Below are positions 1-10,805 of a DNA stretch of 64,000 nt, one piece after another; position 1 is the first letter of the stretch; every line of letters begins with the position of its first letter. The notes under the pieces were generated by a model. The model was not told the DNA's origin and did no database searches. It saw nothing but the letters and a program-made list of their open reading frames with translations. The position numbers were made by a program, and so were the translations under genes. Source of the stretch: Acidobacteriota bacterium (GTDB lineage Bacteria > Acidobacteriota > Vicinamibacteria > Vicinamibacterales > JAKQTR01); contig JBFMFH010000002.1 of the NCBI GenBank assembly GCA_040752275.1, forward strand, positions 5,958 through 69,957, in the 5' to 3' direction.

Positions 1-1
1 C

Positions 2-901
2 ACGATCTTCGTTGGCGCGCGGCCATCGACGGCCGCCGCTGTGACTGCCATCGCCAGGGATCGCGGCCTCAGTTTCGAAGGCGTCTCGCGCGTGCCGCAA
101 TCGCCCATGCGGCGCATCGAGTCCGCCAGGATCGGCATCGTCGACGTCTATGGTGGTTCCATGCCCTCGGGGTGGATACAGTGGCTGCTCACGCAGTTCG
201 AGTTCCCGTTCGAGGTCGTCTACCCGCCGGCTCTCGACGAGGGCGATCTCGGCGCGCGCTTCGATGTCCTGATCTTCGAGAACGGACTCATTGCCGAACC
301 CGGCCGGGGGGGTGGCCGATCGTCCGGGCCGGATCCGGCACGCGTGCCCGCCGGGTACCGCAGCCGGCTTGGCGCCGTCACCGCGGAGAGAACGATTCCG
401 CAACTCCGCCGCTTCGTCGAGGGCGGCGGTTCGATCGTGGCCATCGGATCGTCAACTGCGCTGGCGGCGCACTTCGGCCTTGCCGTCAGCAACGCGCTGG
501 TGGACGAGGCGACTGGCCGCTCGCTGCCGGTGGAGAGATTCTATGTGCCCGGCTCGGTGCTGCGGGTGAAGGTCGACCCAACACAGCCGCTCGCGTACGG
601 CCTTGGCGAGGATGTCGACCTCTTCTACTCGAACAACCCGCTGTTCCGAGTGCCGGACGGATCGGCCGTCCGGAAGGTCGCATGGTTCGCGGCCAGCGAT
701 CCGGTGCGCAGCGGCTGGACGTGGGGCGCCTCGAACCTGAAGGACGCCGTCGCCGTTGCTGAGGCGGATCTGGGGAGGGGCAAGGTCTTCCTCATGGGGC
801 CGCTGATCGCGTTCCGCGCCCACCCGCACGGTACGTTCAAGTTCCTGTTCAACGCGCTGTATGGGGAAGGTGCCAGGCGTCGGGTGCCAGGCGTCGGGTG
901 A
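2..901 (+). CDS. C-terminal part of an M14-peptidase-like protein (GATase1-like C-terminal domain); 5' end lies outside the window
   Basis: The frame is open from base 2, with no stop before the listed GTG at 41. The segment RIGIVDVYGGSMPSGWIQWLLTQFEFPFEVVY...FDVLIFEN resembles, from memory, the C-terminal domain of M14 family metallopeptidases. The last codons are encoded by a 14-bp tandem repeat. Confidence 0.45.
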   Translation, partial: TIFVGARPSTAAAVTAIARDRGLSFEGVSRVPQSPMRRIESARIGIVDVYGGSMPSGWIQWLLTQFEFPFEVVYPPALDEGDLGARFDVLIFENGLIAEPGRGGGRSSGPDPARVPAGYRSRLGAVTAERTIPQLRRFVEGGGSIVAIGSSTALAAHFGLAVSNALVDEATGRSLPVERFYVPGSVLRVKVDPTQPLAYGLGEDVDLFYSNNPLFRVPDGSAVRKVAWFAASDPVRSGWTWGASNLKDAVAVAEADLGRGKVFLMGPLIAFRAHPHGTFKFLFNALYGEGARRRVPGVG

Positions 902-939
902 GAGGCATCGGAGAGGATCCCTTGCGCTGAACGCGCGCG

Positions 940-3222
940 CTAGCGCGCCCTCCTGTCCAGGTGCTCCAGGATCCTCTCCGGTCTGATGGGCAGATTCCTG
1001 CAGAAGTAGCCTGTGGCCTCGTGTACGGCGTGAGCGATGGCTGGGGCGGTGGGGCAGGCCAGACCCTCGCCCGCCTCCTTGGCGCCGAAGGGGCCGCCGG
1101 GTTCGAACGTCTCGACCGTCTTCGACACGGAGGGCGGCATGTCCAGAGCCACGGGGATCTTGTAGTCGAGCAGGGTGGTGTTCAACGTCCTGCCGCGATG
1201 CATGACGAGTTCCTCGGACAGGGCGTACCCCAGACTCATCTGGATCGACCCCTCGAGCTGACCCTCCACCGCCATCGGATTCAGCTCCGTGCCGCAGTCG
1301 TGAACCGTGTACATCCCGGCGACCTCGACCACGCCGGTGTCGAGGTCGACGCGGACGTCCGCGACCTGCGCCCCGAAGGAGAAGGCCGGTGAGACGAGGC
1401 CGACGTCGCGCGGCGTGTAGTAACCGGTTGCCCTGATGGGTTCACCGCGGTTGGCGAGTTGCGCCATCTGGACGACCTCGGCGAACGGGATGCCCTTGCC
1501 CGGCTTGCTCTTGGCGTAGATCGTGCCGTGGCCGCATTCGATTTCGTGGATCACGTTGAGGCCGAGCTTGAGCGATACGACCTTGAAGAGCTCGTCCTTG
1601 ATCTTCTTTGCCGCGTCGCGGACCGCGTTGCCCGCCATCAGCGTGACGCGACTTCCCCACGTGCCGAGATCCGATTGCGGACAGGCTGCGGTGTCGCCCG
1701 TGACGAGGCGGATGTCCTCCACCCTCAGGCCGAGCTCCTCGGCCAGGATCTGCGGCAGGATCAGGTCCGAGCCCTGTCCGATGTCGGCAGCCAGCGTGGT
1801 CAGCTGCGCGGTGCCGTCGTCGAAGACCTTCACCTCGGCGCTCGAGAAGGGGTACTTCGTGTTGAACCAGTTGAAGACGCCGCCCGAGATGAAGCTGTAG
1901 CAGGCGATGCCGAGACCCTCACCTGGTGCGCTGGCCGCCCTGCGCTCGTTCCAGTTCGACAGGGTGCGCACCTCCTCCAGGCACGTTCGCAGCCCGCAGC
2001 TGCTGATGCGGGCGACGCCGGGAATCTCGTCTCCCGTCTCCATAGCGTTCCTGAGCCGGAGCTCGATCGGATCGATGCCAAGTGCCTCGGCGGCGCGGTT
2101 CATCTGCATCTCGCCCGCGAACAGCGCCTGCGGCGCGCCAAAGCCTCGCATCGCACCGGCTGGCGGGTTGTTGGTGTAGACGTAGATGCCGCGATACCGG
2201 TACGCCGGCACCTTGTAGAGCATCGCGCTGAAGTTGCCGATCAAGAACGTGGCCGTCGGCCCCATGCCGTTGTAGGCGCCGCCGTCGAGCCTGGCCGTGA
2301 CCTCCTTGCCCGTGATCGTCCCGTCCTTCTTGAACCCGATCTTCGAGGTGATCACGACGGGATGACGACGGCGGCCGGCGGCGAGTTCTTGCTGCCGGTC
2401 GATCGTGATCTTGACCGGGCGCCCGGTCTGGCGCGCCATCCAGGCTGCGGCGAACTCCCAGGGGCGCAACTCCATCTTCCCGCCGAACCCGCCGCCGACA
2501 TGCGGCTTGATCACGCGCACGTCGTTTTCCCTGACTCCCAGGGTGCGCGCCAGCAGGCATTGGATGTAGTACGGCGTCTGCGTGGACGTCCAGACCGTGA
2601 GCCGCCCGTCCGTGTCTGTCCGCGCGACAACCGAGCACGGCTCCATGTAGACGTGGCTCACCGGATGCGTCGAGAACGTATCCTCGAGCACGAGATCGGC
2701 TTCCGAGAGCGCCCTCTCCACGTTGCCGTAGTCGATGTCGCGGGTCAGGCTGATGTTGTCCTGGTGTTCTTCGTGAACGGCCGGGGCGCCCTCGGCCAGC
2801 GCCTCCTCCACGGTGAACACGCCCGGCAGTTCCTCGTACTCGACCTCGATCAACTCGACGGCCCTCTCGGCGGTCTCTCTGTCGATGGCCGCGACGGCCG
2901 CGATCTCGTCGCCGATGAAGCGCACGCGGTCCGTCGCGAGAGCGGTCTCGTCCTGCAGGGCCGGCACGAGTCTCCAGTTGCCGTACTTGACGGCCGGCAC
3001 ATCCTGGCCCGTGATGACGCACTTCACACCCGCGAGGGCTCTCGCGCGTGACGTGTCGATCTTCCTGATGAACGCGTGGGCATGCGGACTTCTCAGGAGT
3101 GCGCCGTGCAGCATGTTCGGCAGCGAGATGTCGTCGGTGTACTGCGCCGCCCCGGTCACTTTCGCCACGGCGTCAGGTCGGGGCACCGACTTGCCGATGA
3201 GCGTGTCCCGCGTGTGGCTCAT
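940..3222 (-). CDS. xanthine dehydrogenase / aldehyde oxidase family molybdopterin-binding large subunit
   Basis: The N-terminus MSHTRDTLIGKSVPRPDAVAKVTGAAQYTDD and the length (~760 aa) fit the family. The ATG at 3222 overlaps (ATGA) the stop of the upstream FAD subunit. The 33 extra codons in the ORF track were rejected. Confidence 0.9.
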   Translation of the reverse strand: MSHTRDTLIGKSVPRPDAVAKVTGAAQYTDDISLPNMLHGALLRSPHAHAFIRKIDTSRARALAGVKCVITGQDVPAVKYGNWRLVPALQDETALATDRVRFIGDEIAAVAAIDRETAERAVELIEVEYEELPGVFTVEEALAEGAPAVHEEHQDNISLTRDIDYGNVERALSEADLVLEDTFSTHPVSHVYMEPCSVVARTDTDGRLTVWTSTQTPYYIQCLLARTLGVRENDVRVIKPHVGGGFGGKMELRPWEFAAAWMARQTGRPVKITIDRQQELAAGRRRHPVVITSKIGFKKDGTITGKEVTARLDGGAYNGMGPTATFLIGNFSAMLYKVPAYRYRGIYVYTNNPPAGAMRGFGAPQALFAGEMQMNRAAEALGIDPIELRLRNAMETGDEIPGVARISSCGLRTCLEEVRTLSNWNERRAASAPGEGLGIACYSFISGGVFNWFNTKYPFSSAEVKVFDDGTAQLTTLAADIGQGSDLILPQILAEELGLRVEDIRLVTGDTAACPQSDLGTWGSRVTLMAGNAVRDAAKKIKDELFKVVSLKLGLNVIHEIECGHGTIYAKSKPGKGIPFAEVVQMAQLANRGEPIRATGYYTPRDVGLVSPAFSFGAQVADVRVDLDTGVVEVAGMYTVHDCGTELNPMAVEGQLEGSIQMSLGYALSEELVMHRGRTLNTTLLDYKIPVALDMPPSVSKTVETFEPGGPFGAKEAGEGLACPTAPAIAHAVHEATGYFCRNLPIRPERILEHLDRRAR

Positions 3223-4085
3223 GCCTGCACCACCAGTCGCTCGAGGGCTCGCCGGACGAGCACGCCGACCATGTGGGTCTTGTACTCCTTCGTCGCGCGA
3301 TGGTCCGTAATCGGCGCGCACTCCTCGCGCGCCGTGCCGGAGGCCCGCTCGAAGAGCCGCAAGTCAGGCCGTGCTCCGGCCAGCACGGCCTCCGTTCGCG
3401 GAGCGCGAACAGGCGTCGGCGCGACCGTCCCGAGGAAGACCCTCGCGCGCTCGATGATTCCGCCGACCAGCCGGATCCCCACGCTCACGTTGACTGCCGC
3501 GATATCGACTTTCGATCGGGGCGAGAACTTGAGGAAGACCGCACGCTCGCCCGGCGCCGGCTTGGGAACGAGGATGCGCTCGACGATGTCGCCCAGCTCG
3601 AGGGCGGTTCGCCGTGGGCCCCTGAAGAAGTCCTCCAGCGGCACGTCGCGTGTTCCTCGGCGGCTTGAGATCCTGACGCGCGCGCCGTACACGAGCAGCG
3701 GCGTCGCGGTGTCGGCGCAGGGGGACGCGTTGCAGATGTTGCCCACCACCGTTCCCTTGGCGCGCGTCTGCGGCGTCGCGAGATCCCTGATGGCATCCGA
3801 CAGGGCCACATAGTGCTCGCGTGTCGCGGGAAAGACGCGGACATCTTCGAGCAGGGCCGTCGCGCCGATGTTCAAACCCTCCGTGTCGTCGTACGCCAGC
3901 CCGTCCAGCCCCGGCACGCGCTTCAGCCAGATGAGATGACTGCAGGTCCTCCGCCCCAGCTTGAGTGAGGGCAGCACATCCGTACCCCCGGCCATGAGCA
4001 TCGCCGCCCCGGCGTGCTCATCGAGGAGATCGAACACCTCCTCAAGCGATGTCGGTACGTGGAAGTCGAAATCGGGGAGCCTCAC
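3219..4085 (-). CDS. xanthine dehydrogenase family FAD-binding (medium) subunit
   Basis: Carries the LMAGGTDVLPSLK FAD-binding motif, CoxM-like. The GTG at 4085 overlaps (GTGA) the stop of the 2Fe-2S subunit. Confidence 0.85.
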   Translation of the reverse strand: MRLPDFDFHVPTSLEEVFDLLDEHAGAAMLMAGGTDVLPSLKLGRRTCSHLIWLKRVPGLDGLAYDDTEGLNIGATALLEDVRVFPATREHYVALSDAIRDLATPQTRAKGTVVGNICNASPCADTATPLLVYGARVRISSRRGTRDVPLEDFFRGPRRTALELGDIVERILVPKPAPGERAVFLKFSPRSKVDIAAVNVSVGIRLVGGIIERARVFLGTVAPTPVRAPRTEAVLAGARPDLRLFERASGTAREECAPITDHRATKEYKTHMVGVLVRRALERLVVQA

Positions 4086-4558
4086 GGCCTGCACCTCGAG
4101 GTGCAGGACGACACCGCCCCGACGATCTTCGTGTACCCGGTGCAGCGGCACAGGTTGCCGCCGAGTTCATGGCGGATGTCCTCCTCGGTGGCGTCGGGTG
4201 CCCGCTCGAGCAGATGGACCGAGGACATGACCATGCCGGGCGTGCAGAAACCGCACTGGATGGCGCCGTGCTCGACGAAGGCCCGCTGCACACGGTGGAG
4301 TTCCGTGCCGGATGGCGCAATCCCCTCGATGGTCCGGACCTCTTGGGCGTCCGCCTCGATCGCCAGCGTCAGGCAGGAATTGACCGGCCGGCCGTTCAGC
4401 AAGACGGTACAGGCCCCGCAGTCGCCTGTCTCGCAACCGACCTTCGTCCCGGTCAGCCGCAGATCGTCGCGCAGTACCTCGGCCAATGTCCGGTTCGGCT
4501 TCACCGCCAAGGAGTGTTCATCGCCGTTGACGACAAGCGTCACGATTCGTGTCTTCAT
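4082..4558 (-). CDS. (2Fe-2S)-binding small subunit of the xanthine dehydrogenase family enzyme
   Basis: Has two Cys clusters, CETGDCGACTV and CGFCTPGMV...CRCTGY. The S-M-L gene order uses overlapping start/stop codons. Confidence 0.9.
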   Translation of the reverse strand: MKTRIVTLVVNGDEHSLAVKPNRTLAEVLRDDLRLTGTKVGCETGDCGACTVLLNGRPVNSCLTLAIEADAQEVRTIEGIAPSGTELHRVQRAFVEHGAIQCGFCTPGMVMSSVHLLERAPDATEEDIRHELGGNLCRCTGYTKIVGAVSSCTSRCRP

Positions 4559-4901
4559 CGTGGCCGCACGTGTGGAATGTCACCCGGCAGACTACGGCCG
4601 GACGAGCGGCGCGTCAAGCGCTGGCACACCACTGGCACGCAGGCGCCATCATCGCCGGCGGCAGGGCGCCGCGGCGAGACGATAGCGGCCCTCACGGCCC
4701 CACTTGAGCGGAACCACCCCAGGCCCGTGCCCCGGTGCCGTGAACCGCCGGCCGCCTGGCGCCCGACTTGTCCTGCCCCGGTTCGATCCGATAGCATGCC
4801 AAGCGTTCGGTAGGTCCCCACGCGCCAGAGCGAAGTGGACGGCGGGCCCCTTCGCGTACTCGGCGTTCACCTTTCCGAGGGCCCGTCACACCCGACATCC
4901 C

Positions 4902-6062
4902 GTGAAAATCCACGAATACCAGGGTAAGGCGATTCTCGCCAGGTACGGCGTCCCGGTGCCGCGCGGTGACGTCGCCTTCAACGCAGACGAGGGCGTCAAG
5001 ATCGCGCAGCGGCTCGGGCTTCCCGTCGTGGTCAAGGCTCAGATTCACGCCGGCGGCCGCGGCAAAGGCGGCGGCGTGAAGGTGGCCAGGACGATGGAGG
5101 AGGTCGAGAAGCAGACGGCCGCGATGCTGGGCATGAAGCTGGTCACGCACCAGACCGGACCCGAGGGAAGGGTCGTCCAACGCGTGCTCGTCGAACAGGG
5201 CGTCACAATCGCCCGCGAGCTGTACCTCGGCCTCGTGCTCGACCGCGCCGCCCAGCGCCCCGTGCTGATGGCCAGTCCGGCCGGCGGCATGGAGATCGAG
5301 AAGGTCGCCGAGGAGACACCGCACCTCATCTTCAAGGAGTACATCCACCCGACGGCCGGCTTTGAGCCGTTCCAGGCCAAGAAGCTCGCCTTCGCCCTTG
5401 GCCTCCAGGGTCCGGCTGTCGGCCAGGCGGTGAAGATGATGACGGCGCTCTACGAGGCCTTCACGGCCAACGATGCCTCGCTCGTCGAGATCAACCCGCT
5501 CATCGTTACCGGCGACGGCAACCTGCTCGCCCTCGACGCCAAGATGAACTTCGACGACAACGCGCTCTACCGGCATCCGGGGCTGCGCGAGTTGCGCGAC
5601 CTGAGCGAAGAGGACCCGCTCGAGGTCGAGGCCTCGAAGTTCTCGCTGAACTACATCCGCCTCGACGGAACCATCGGCTGCATGGTGAACGGCGCCGGCC
5701 TCGCCATGGCGACGATGGACATCATCAAGCTGGCGGGCGGCGAACCGGCCAACTTCCTCGATGTCGGCGGAGGCGCGACGGCGGAGCAGATCCGCAACGC
5801 GTTCAAGATCCTCATGTCCGACACCAACGTGAAGGCTGTGCTCATCAACATCTTCGGCGGCATTCTGCGCTGCGACGTCCTCTCCGAGGGAGTGATCGCG
5901 GCCGTCAAGGAACTCTCGGTCAAGGTGCCCATCGTCATTCGTATGGAGGGGACGAACGTCGAGACGGGCAAGAAGATGCTCATGGAGAGCGGCTTGAACT
6001 TCTCCACGGCCGACACGATGGCCGAGGCCGCGACGAAGGTCGTCGCGCTCGCGCGCGGGTGA
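4902..6062 (+). CDS. sucC: succinate--CoA ligase (ADP-forming) subunit beta
   Basis: Canonical N-terminus (V)[19 protein letters not shown] starting at GTG 4902. The upstream 66 codons of the ORF are an R/P-rich shadow. ATP-grasp fold; the gene is followed by sucD. Confidence 0.95.
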   Translation: MKIHEYQGKAILARYGVPVPRGDVAFNADEGVKIAQRLGLPVVVKAQIHAGGRGKGGGVKVARTMEEVEKQTAAMLGMKLVTHQTGPEGRVVQRVLVEQGVTIARELYLGLVLDRAAQRPVLMASPAGGMEIEKVAEETPHLIFKEYIHPTAGFEPFQAKKLAFALGLQGPAVGQAVKMMTALYEAFTANDASLVEINPLIVTGDGNLLALDAKMNFDDNALYRHPGLRELRDLSEEDPLEVEASKFSLNYIRLDGTIGCMVNGAGLAMATMDIIKLAGGEPANFLDVGGGATAEQIRNAFKILMSDTNVKAVLINIFGGILRCDVLSEGVIAAVKELSVKVPIVIRMEGTNVETGKKMLMESGLNFSTADTMAEAATKVVALARG

Positions 6063-6071
6063 GGGGGCAAC

Positions 6072-6944
6072 ATGGCAGTCCTGATTGACACGTCGACACG
6101 CCTGCTGGTGCAGGGCCTCACCGGGCGCGAGGGCACGTTCCACGCCAAGGCCGCCGCGGCCTACGGCACAACCGTCGTCGGGGGCGTGACCCCCGGCAAG
6201 GGTGGCACGACCCACGAGGGATGGCCCATCTTCAACACCGTGGCCGAAGGCGTCGAGAAGGCAGGCGCCAACGCGACCGTCATCTTCGTGCCGCCGCCCT
6301 TCTCGGCCGATGCGATTCTCGAGGCGGCCGACGCCGGTGTGGGCCTGGCGGTGTGCATCACGGAGGGCATCCCGACGCTCGACATGATGAAGGTCATGGC
6401 CGTGCTGAAGGAGAAGAAGACGCGCCTGGTCGGGCCGAACTGCCCGGGCGTGATCTCGGCAGGCCGCGCCAAAGCCGGCATCATTCCTGGTCACATCTGC
6501 AAGGAAGGCCGCGTCGGGATTGTCTCGCGCAGCGGCACGCTGACCTACGAGGCGATTCACCAGTTGACGCTGCTGGGGCTCGGGCAGACCACCTGCATCG
6601 GCATCGGCGGCGATCCGCTCATCGGTACCAACTTCATCGACGCGCTGGCGCTCTTCAACGCAGACCCCGAGACCGAGGGCATCGTCCTTATTGGCGAGAT
6701 CGGCGGCAGTGCCGAGGAAGAGGCCGCGGCGTTCATCAAGGACAACATCAAGAAGCCCGTCGTCAGCTTCATCTGTGGGCAGACGGCGCCTCCGGGACGA
6801 CGGATGGGTCACGCCGGCGCGATCATCGCCGGCGGCAAGGGTACGGCGGCCGAGAAGATGGCGGCGCTCACCGCGGCCGGTGTCCGCGTCGTCAAGAGCC
6901 CCGCCGATATCGGGCAGGCGATGGCGGGAGCGCTGAAGAAGTAG
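6072..6944 (+). CDS. sucD: succinate--CoA ligase subunit alpha
   Basis: Has the CoA-binding motif [12 protein letters not shown] and the catalytic His loop [10 protein letters not shown]. Lies 9 bp after sucC. Confidence 0.95.
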   Translation: MAVLIDTSTRLLVQGLTGREGTFHAKAAAAYGTTVVGGVTPGKGGTTHEGWPIFNTVAEGVEKAGANATVIFVPPPFSADAILEAADAGVGLAVCITEGIPTLDMMKVMAVLKEKKTRLVGPNCPGVISAGRAKAGIIPGHICKEGRVGIVSRSGTLTYEAIHQLTLLGLGQTTCIGIGGDPLIGTNFIDALALFNADPETEGIVLIGEIGGSAEEEAAAFIKDNIKKPVVSFICGQTAPPGRRMGHAGAIIAGGKGTAAEKMAALTAAGVRVVKSPADIGQAMAGALKK

Positions 6945-7036
6945 AAACGAGCCATGCCCGAGCCTTACCGCAGGATGGCGACGTGGTACGAGATTGAGGG
7001 CAGCAACTTCGGCCTCTTCCTGGCGCGGACGGGCGC

Positions 7037-7435
7037 ATGAGCGTTCCCCGCCCGATCGCGACCGAGAAGAAGACCGTCGCCGCGATGGTGCGGATCTACT
7101 GTGCCGGGCACCACGACGGCGCGGAGGCCCTCTGCCCGGCGTGCGAGACCCTTCAGCGGTACTCGCACGCCCGCCTGGACGCGTGCCCGTACGGTGCCGA
7201 CAAGCCCACGTGCAAGGCCTGCCCGATCCACTGCTACAAGCCCGCGGAGCGCGAGGCGATGCGCGAGGTCATGCGTTTCGCGGGACCGCGGATGATGTGG
7301 CGGCATCCCTGGCTGTCGGTCGTCCACCTCTGGAAGGAACGGTTCAACAAGACGCCGAGGAAGCGGAAGGGCACGAACAGGGCTGTCGCGCCATGCGCTT
7401 CCGGGCGTTCGTCCGGGCATCGCGGCCGGGCTTGA
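7037..7435 (+). CDS. nitrous oxide-stimulated promoter (YgbA-like) family Cys-rich protein
   Basis: Pattern CAGHH...LCPACETLQRYSHARLDACPYGADKPTCKACPIHCYKPAEREAMREVMRFAGPRMMWRHPW matches my memory of the YgbA_NO family. Confidence 0.7.
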   Translation: MSVPRPIATEKKTVAAMVRIYCAGHHDGAEALCPACETLQRYSHARLDACPYGADKPTCKACPIHCYKPAEREAMREVMRFAGPRMMWRHPWLSVVHLWKERFNKTPRKRKGTNRAVAPCASGRSSGHRGRA

Positions 7436-8367
7436 TGCGCATGTTGCGCCGGGTGGCGTCCACGATCGCGGTCATCGCGCTCCTGGCGTGCGCCGGGTGC
7501 GAACGGCAGGGAACGGCGGGCGCCGCGTCCACTTCTCCCAGCCCGACGCCGACTCCGGTTCCGGCGAGCGGCGCGCCGTGCACGGCACGCCCGAACCCGG
7601 CCCCCGGTCCGGTGACCGATCCCAACGGCCCGCTGTTTCATCAGATCGTCGTCGCGCAGACGACCGACGGCCTCACGTTGACTGACGCGCGAATCGTGCA
7701 GCCGTCGGCCTCGGTGCCCGACGGCGTCCGGGCCGCCGACGGCCGGACTCTCGTGTATTACGTCAACGGGGCCCAACACGGCATCTGGGTTGGCGATGCG
7801 ACCGGAGACGGATGGGCGGCGATCAGCCCCATTTCAATCGACGGCGTGCGCGATCCGCTCGGCGTGGTCGACCCCGACGCGTACCGCGTGGGGGATCGGA
7901 TCCGTCTGGCGTACCTCGCGAATTTCACCAGCCAGGCCGAGCGCGCCATCTGCCTGGCCGAGTCGGACGATGGCGTGTCGTTCCGCACGCTGGGGATGGC
8001 CGTCGATCTGCGCGCCGCGGAAACCATGACCGACCCTTCGGTGATTCAGCTTCCGAATGGGTCGTGGCTGATGGCACTGTCGGCCGGTCAGTCGACAGTG
8101 CTGGCGCGATCGGGGGACGGGACGACGTTCACCCTCGGGGAGCGGCTGACCTTCGGCGGCGTTCCCGAACTTGCCCGAGAAGCCGACGGCACGATCCGAC
8201 TCTATGTCTGTGCCGGCGGAATCGTGGCCTACCGATCCGCCGACGCCGCCGCGACATGGCAACGCGAGCAGACCGTCGTATCCAGAGGGCCCAACGGTTC
8301 GATGCTCGCCTGCGATCCGAGCCGGGTCGCCGGAACGAATACCTTCGTGTTCAAGACCGGGATGTGA
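7435..8367 (+). CDS. hypothetical lipoprotein
   Basis: MRMLRRVASTIAVIALLACAGC gives a signal peptide plus lipobox. The ATG at 7435 overlaps (TGATG) the stop of the upstream gene; an alternative ATG lies at 7393. The body is rich in short beta-strand-like repeats and no family was assigned. Confidence 0.6.
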   Translation: MRMLRRVASTIAVIALLACAGCERQGTAGAASTSPSPTPTPVPASGAPCTARPNPAPGPVTDPNGPLFHQIVVAQTTDGLTLTDARIVQPSASVPDGVRAADGRTLVYYVNGAQHGIWVGDATGDGWAAISPISIDGVRDPLGVVDPDAYRVGDRIRLAYLANFTSQAERAICLAESDDGVSFRTLGMAVDLRAAETMTDPSVIQLPNGSWLMALSAGQSTVLARSGDGTTFTLGERLTFGGVPELAREADGTIRLYVCAGGIVAYRSADAAATWQREQTVVSRGPNGSMLACDPSRVAGTNTFVFKTGM

Positions 8368-8402
8368 AGCAGGCGCAGGTCCGCCCGCCGCCTGGCCCGG
8401 GG

Positions 8403-10805
8403 CTACTTCGACGTCACGTGCAGGTAGACCGAATGGCGGCCGTAGGTCTCGAAGAACGGCTTGAGCACGGCATCGCCAATACGGAAACGAAGGGCCGCCG
8501 GGTCGCCGGCGATCGACTTCCCGATGTCGCTGGCGTCGAGCGTCACGTTCCTCCAGTCCGTGCGCGGTCCTGATTCCTCGGCGGCCAGCAACACCGGACC
8601 GTAGAAGAGGCTCGCCACGTTCGGCTGATCGACGACGGGCTCCAGGTAGAAGTGGAACGGCATCCGGAGCTCAATCGTGTCGTGGTCACGCCAGTTCCTC
8701 GAGAGCGTCAGGTAGGTGCCCGGTACCGCCTTCACCGGCTCCTCACGGCCGTTGATCTTCACGAAGAAGCCCCGCGTTGCCCAGTGCGGCACGCGGATCG
8801 CGACGTCGAAGCGGCCGCCCCCGCTTACTGTGAGCCGCGTCGTGTCCGAGTACGGGTAGTCGGTCGCCTGCCTAATCACGACCTTCCGCTCGCTCCAGTT
8901 CAGCGTCGAGGGGACAAAGAGGTTCACGTAGAGCCTGGCGTTGTCGGCGCTCCTGAAGTAGATCGAGTCCTGCAGTTTGGTGTTGCTTTCGAGGGCTGTG
9001 CCGTTGCAGCAGGTGAAGCCGGTCATGTCGGGGTTGGTGAACCGCTTCTGCGCACCGGGATTGAGCGGGACGTGGTACGTGTTCCCGGCATCGTGCTCGG
9101 CCACCGACGCCAGGATGTGGTTGTAGAGCCCACGCTCGTAGTGATCCATGTAGCTGCCGCCCTGATCGAACATGAAGAGCTGGCGATCGAGCTTCAGCAG
9201 ATTGTAGGTGGCGCAGGTCTCGTTCTGGCCGCCAGGTGCGAACCCGTTCTCCCACAGCGAGTCCGGCTCGGCGGTGAAGCACTCCGCGTTGTTCGGGGTG
9301 CGGGCGCCGGCCACGCCGCCGATGCTGTACATGTAGCGGTCGGTCACCATGCGCCAGAAGTTCGTGGCGATCAGGTAGTAGGGCAGCTCGAGCGTGTTGC
9401 GGAACGTCTCGATCGCCCCGGTGATCTGCGGGATGTGCTGGTTGGCGTGCTTGCCGCGGATGGTGTCGACGTTCTTCGCCAGGCCGTGGTCGTGGCCGGC
9501 GTTGCCGAAGAAGAAGGCGGTGTTGTCGAAGAGCTTCGCGCAGTCGAGGTACTGCCGGTCGCCCGTCAGCCGGTGAAGGCGTGCCATCACCTCGTTCATG
9601 CCGCCGTACTCACCAGCAATGTAGCGGTTCCACATGCTGATGCGCGTCTCGCCCGGCAACGCCTTGAGCCGGGCGTACACCCAGGCGCCCATGCCCTTGG
9701 CCACATCCAGTGCCTTCGCGTTGCCGCCGACTTCATAGCAGTCGAGCAGCCCGGCGAGGATCTTGTGCAGCGTGTAGTACGGCGCCCAGATCTGGCTGTC
9801 TTGCGTGCCGTAGGTGGCGCCCCGCTCGAGCATGATGAACTGGTCGGGCGGGTAGGCGCTGATGAATCCGACGCCCCAGTTCCAGTAGTCCGTGCGAATG
9901 GCGCCGGCGCGGAAGTTCGAGTCGTAGCCCGCGCGGCCGGAGCCAGGAGGGACGGCCGTCGGGTCCGCCACGAACGGACCGCCTGCTTCAGCGGGCCTCC
10001 CAGACCTCCGCGACAGATCGTAAATCGTGTCGATCATGTCGTTCATCTTGTGAAGGAAGTCGGCGCGCAGCGCTTCCTCGTACGTCGTGCTCGCGTAGGC
10101 CTGGGCAAGGGCACTCAGATAGTGGCCGGTTGCATGGCCCCTCAGCCTTGTCGTCTGGCTGTCCCACCCTTCGAGCGGCTTCACGCCTCCAGGCTGCGGC
10201 TGCCCGAACGCGTCCCGGAAGGTGTACAGGAAGCTGTCGGGATTGGTGGCGGCGAGCCCTCGGATGAACTTGTCCCGGTTCCTGATGAACGGCGTGTCTC
10301 GGCCTTTCGTGTCCCGCTCGAGCACGACCCGGTCCAAGGGAAACGACTCGACCGTGCGGCTCGGGACGGCGACCCTTGCCGGGACAGGCTTCACAGTAAC
10401 CACGGCCTTCGGTTCGAACGCCGTTCCGGGCACCCTGCCGGTGACGGTGTAAGTGCCGGGCGCGAGAACCTCGCTGTTGTCCCTGGGGGCCGGCCAGATC
10501 ACGCGAACCTCCGGGCCGGGGGCGTTGCCGCGGTACACCGCCGGGACCGTGGGCGGCAGATGTGGCAGCGTTCCGAGAATCGTATCGACCGCGACATCGG
10601 GCACGCGCTCGATCCGCGACGCCAGCGGCGATTCCTTGGGGATGGCCGCATTGGAGATGACCGGGGCTGCTCCGCGTCCTCCAGCCTGCCGGCTCGACGG
10701 CGCGTTCAGGAACTGATCGCCCTCGACGGCCAGGCTTCTCGTGGTGGCAGCCGGGAAGACCGACGATAGGGTGAGGAGCAACGCGAGGAAGATCCGGTTG
10801 ATCAT
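8403..10805 (-). CDS. secreted glycoside hydrolase, GH127/DUF1680-like (beta-L-arabinofuranosidase family)
   Basis: Signal peptide MINRIFLALLLTLSSVFPAA starts at ATG 10805. Motifs HATGHYLSALAQAY, ETCATYNLLKL and FTCCNGTALES resemble GH127-type enzymes. The upstream 129 codons of the ORF were not accepted as part of this protein. Confidence 0.7.
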   Translation of the reverse strand: MINRIFLALLLTLSSVFPAATTRSLAVEGDQFLNAPSSRQAGGRGAAPVISNAAIPKESPLASRIERVPDVAVDTILGTLPHLPPTVPAVYRGNAPGPEVRVIWPAPRDNSEVLAPGTYTVTGRVPGTAFEPKAVVTVKPVPARVAVPSRTVESFPLDRVVLERDTKGRDTPFIRNRDKFIRGLAATNPDSFLYTFRDAFGQPQPGGVKPLEGWDSQTTRLRGHATGHYLSALAQAYASTTYEEALRADFLHKMNDMIDTIYDLSRRSGRPAEAGGPFVADPTAVPPGSGRAGYDSNFRAGAIRTDYWNWGVGFISAYPPDQFIMLERGATYGTQDSQIWAPYYTLHKILAGLLDCYEVGGNAKALDVAKGMGAWVYARLKALPGETRISMWNRYIAGEYGGMNEVMARLHRLTGDRQYLDCAKLFDNTAFFFGNAGHDHGLAKNVDTIRGKHANQHIPQITGAIETFRNTLELPYYLIATNFWRMVTDRYMYSIGGVAGARTPNNAECFTAEPDSLWENGFAPGGQNETCATYNLLKLDRQLFMFDQGGSYMDHYERGLYNHILASVAEHDAGNTYHVPLNPGAQKRFTNPDMTGFTCCNGTALESNTKLQDSIYFRSADNARLYVNLFVPSTLNWSERKVVIRQATDYPYSDTTRLTVSGGGRFDVAIRVPHWATRGFFVKINGREEPVKAVPGTYLTLSRNWRDHDTIELRMPFHFYLEPVVDQPNVASLFYGPVLLAAEESGPRTDWRNVTLDASDIGKSIAGDPAALRFRIGDAVLKPFFETYGRHSVYLHVTSK

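Noticed and set aside
1459-3051. Long antisense ORFs opposite confirmed genes. Examples: 1459-3051(+), 4692-6812(-), 8652-10769(+), 13405-14913(-), 16486-18240(-), 18695-20506(-), 24960-27311(-), 26903-30409(-), 33120-34298(+), 37331-38869(+), 42515-43975(-), 45219-46262(-).
   Set aside because: These are typical high-G+C shadow ORFs. Their translations are R/G/P/A-rich low complexity with no motifs, and each overlaps a gene with clear family signatures on the other strand.
6994-7392. Upstream 133-147 codons of the 6994-8367 ORF as part of the lipoprotein.
   Set aside because: This region overlaps the well-supported YgbA-like gene in another frame. The lipoprotein signal peptide begins at ATG 7393 or 7435.
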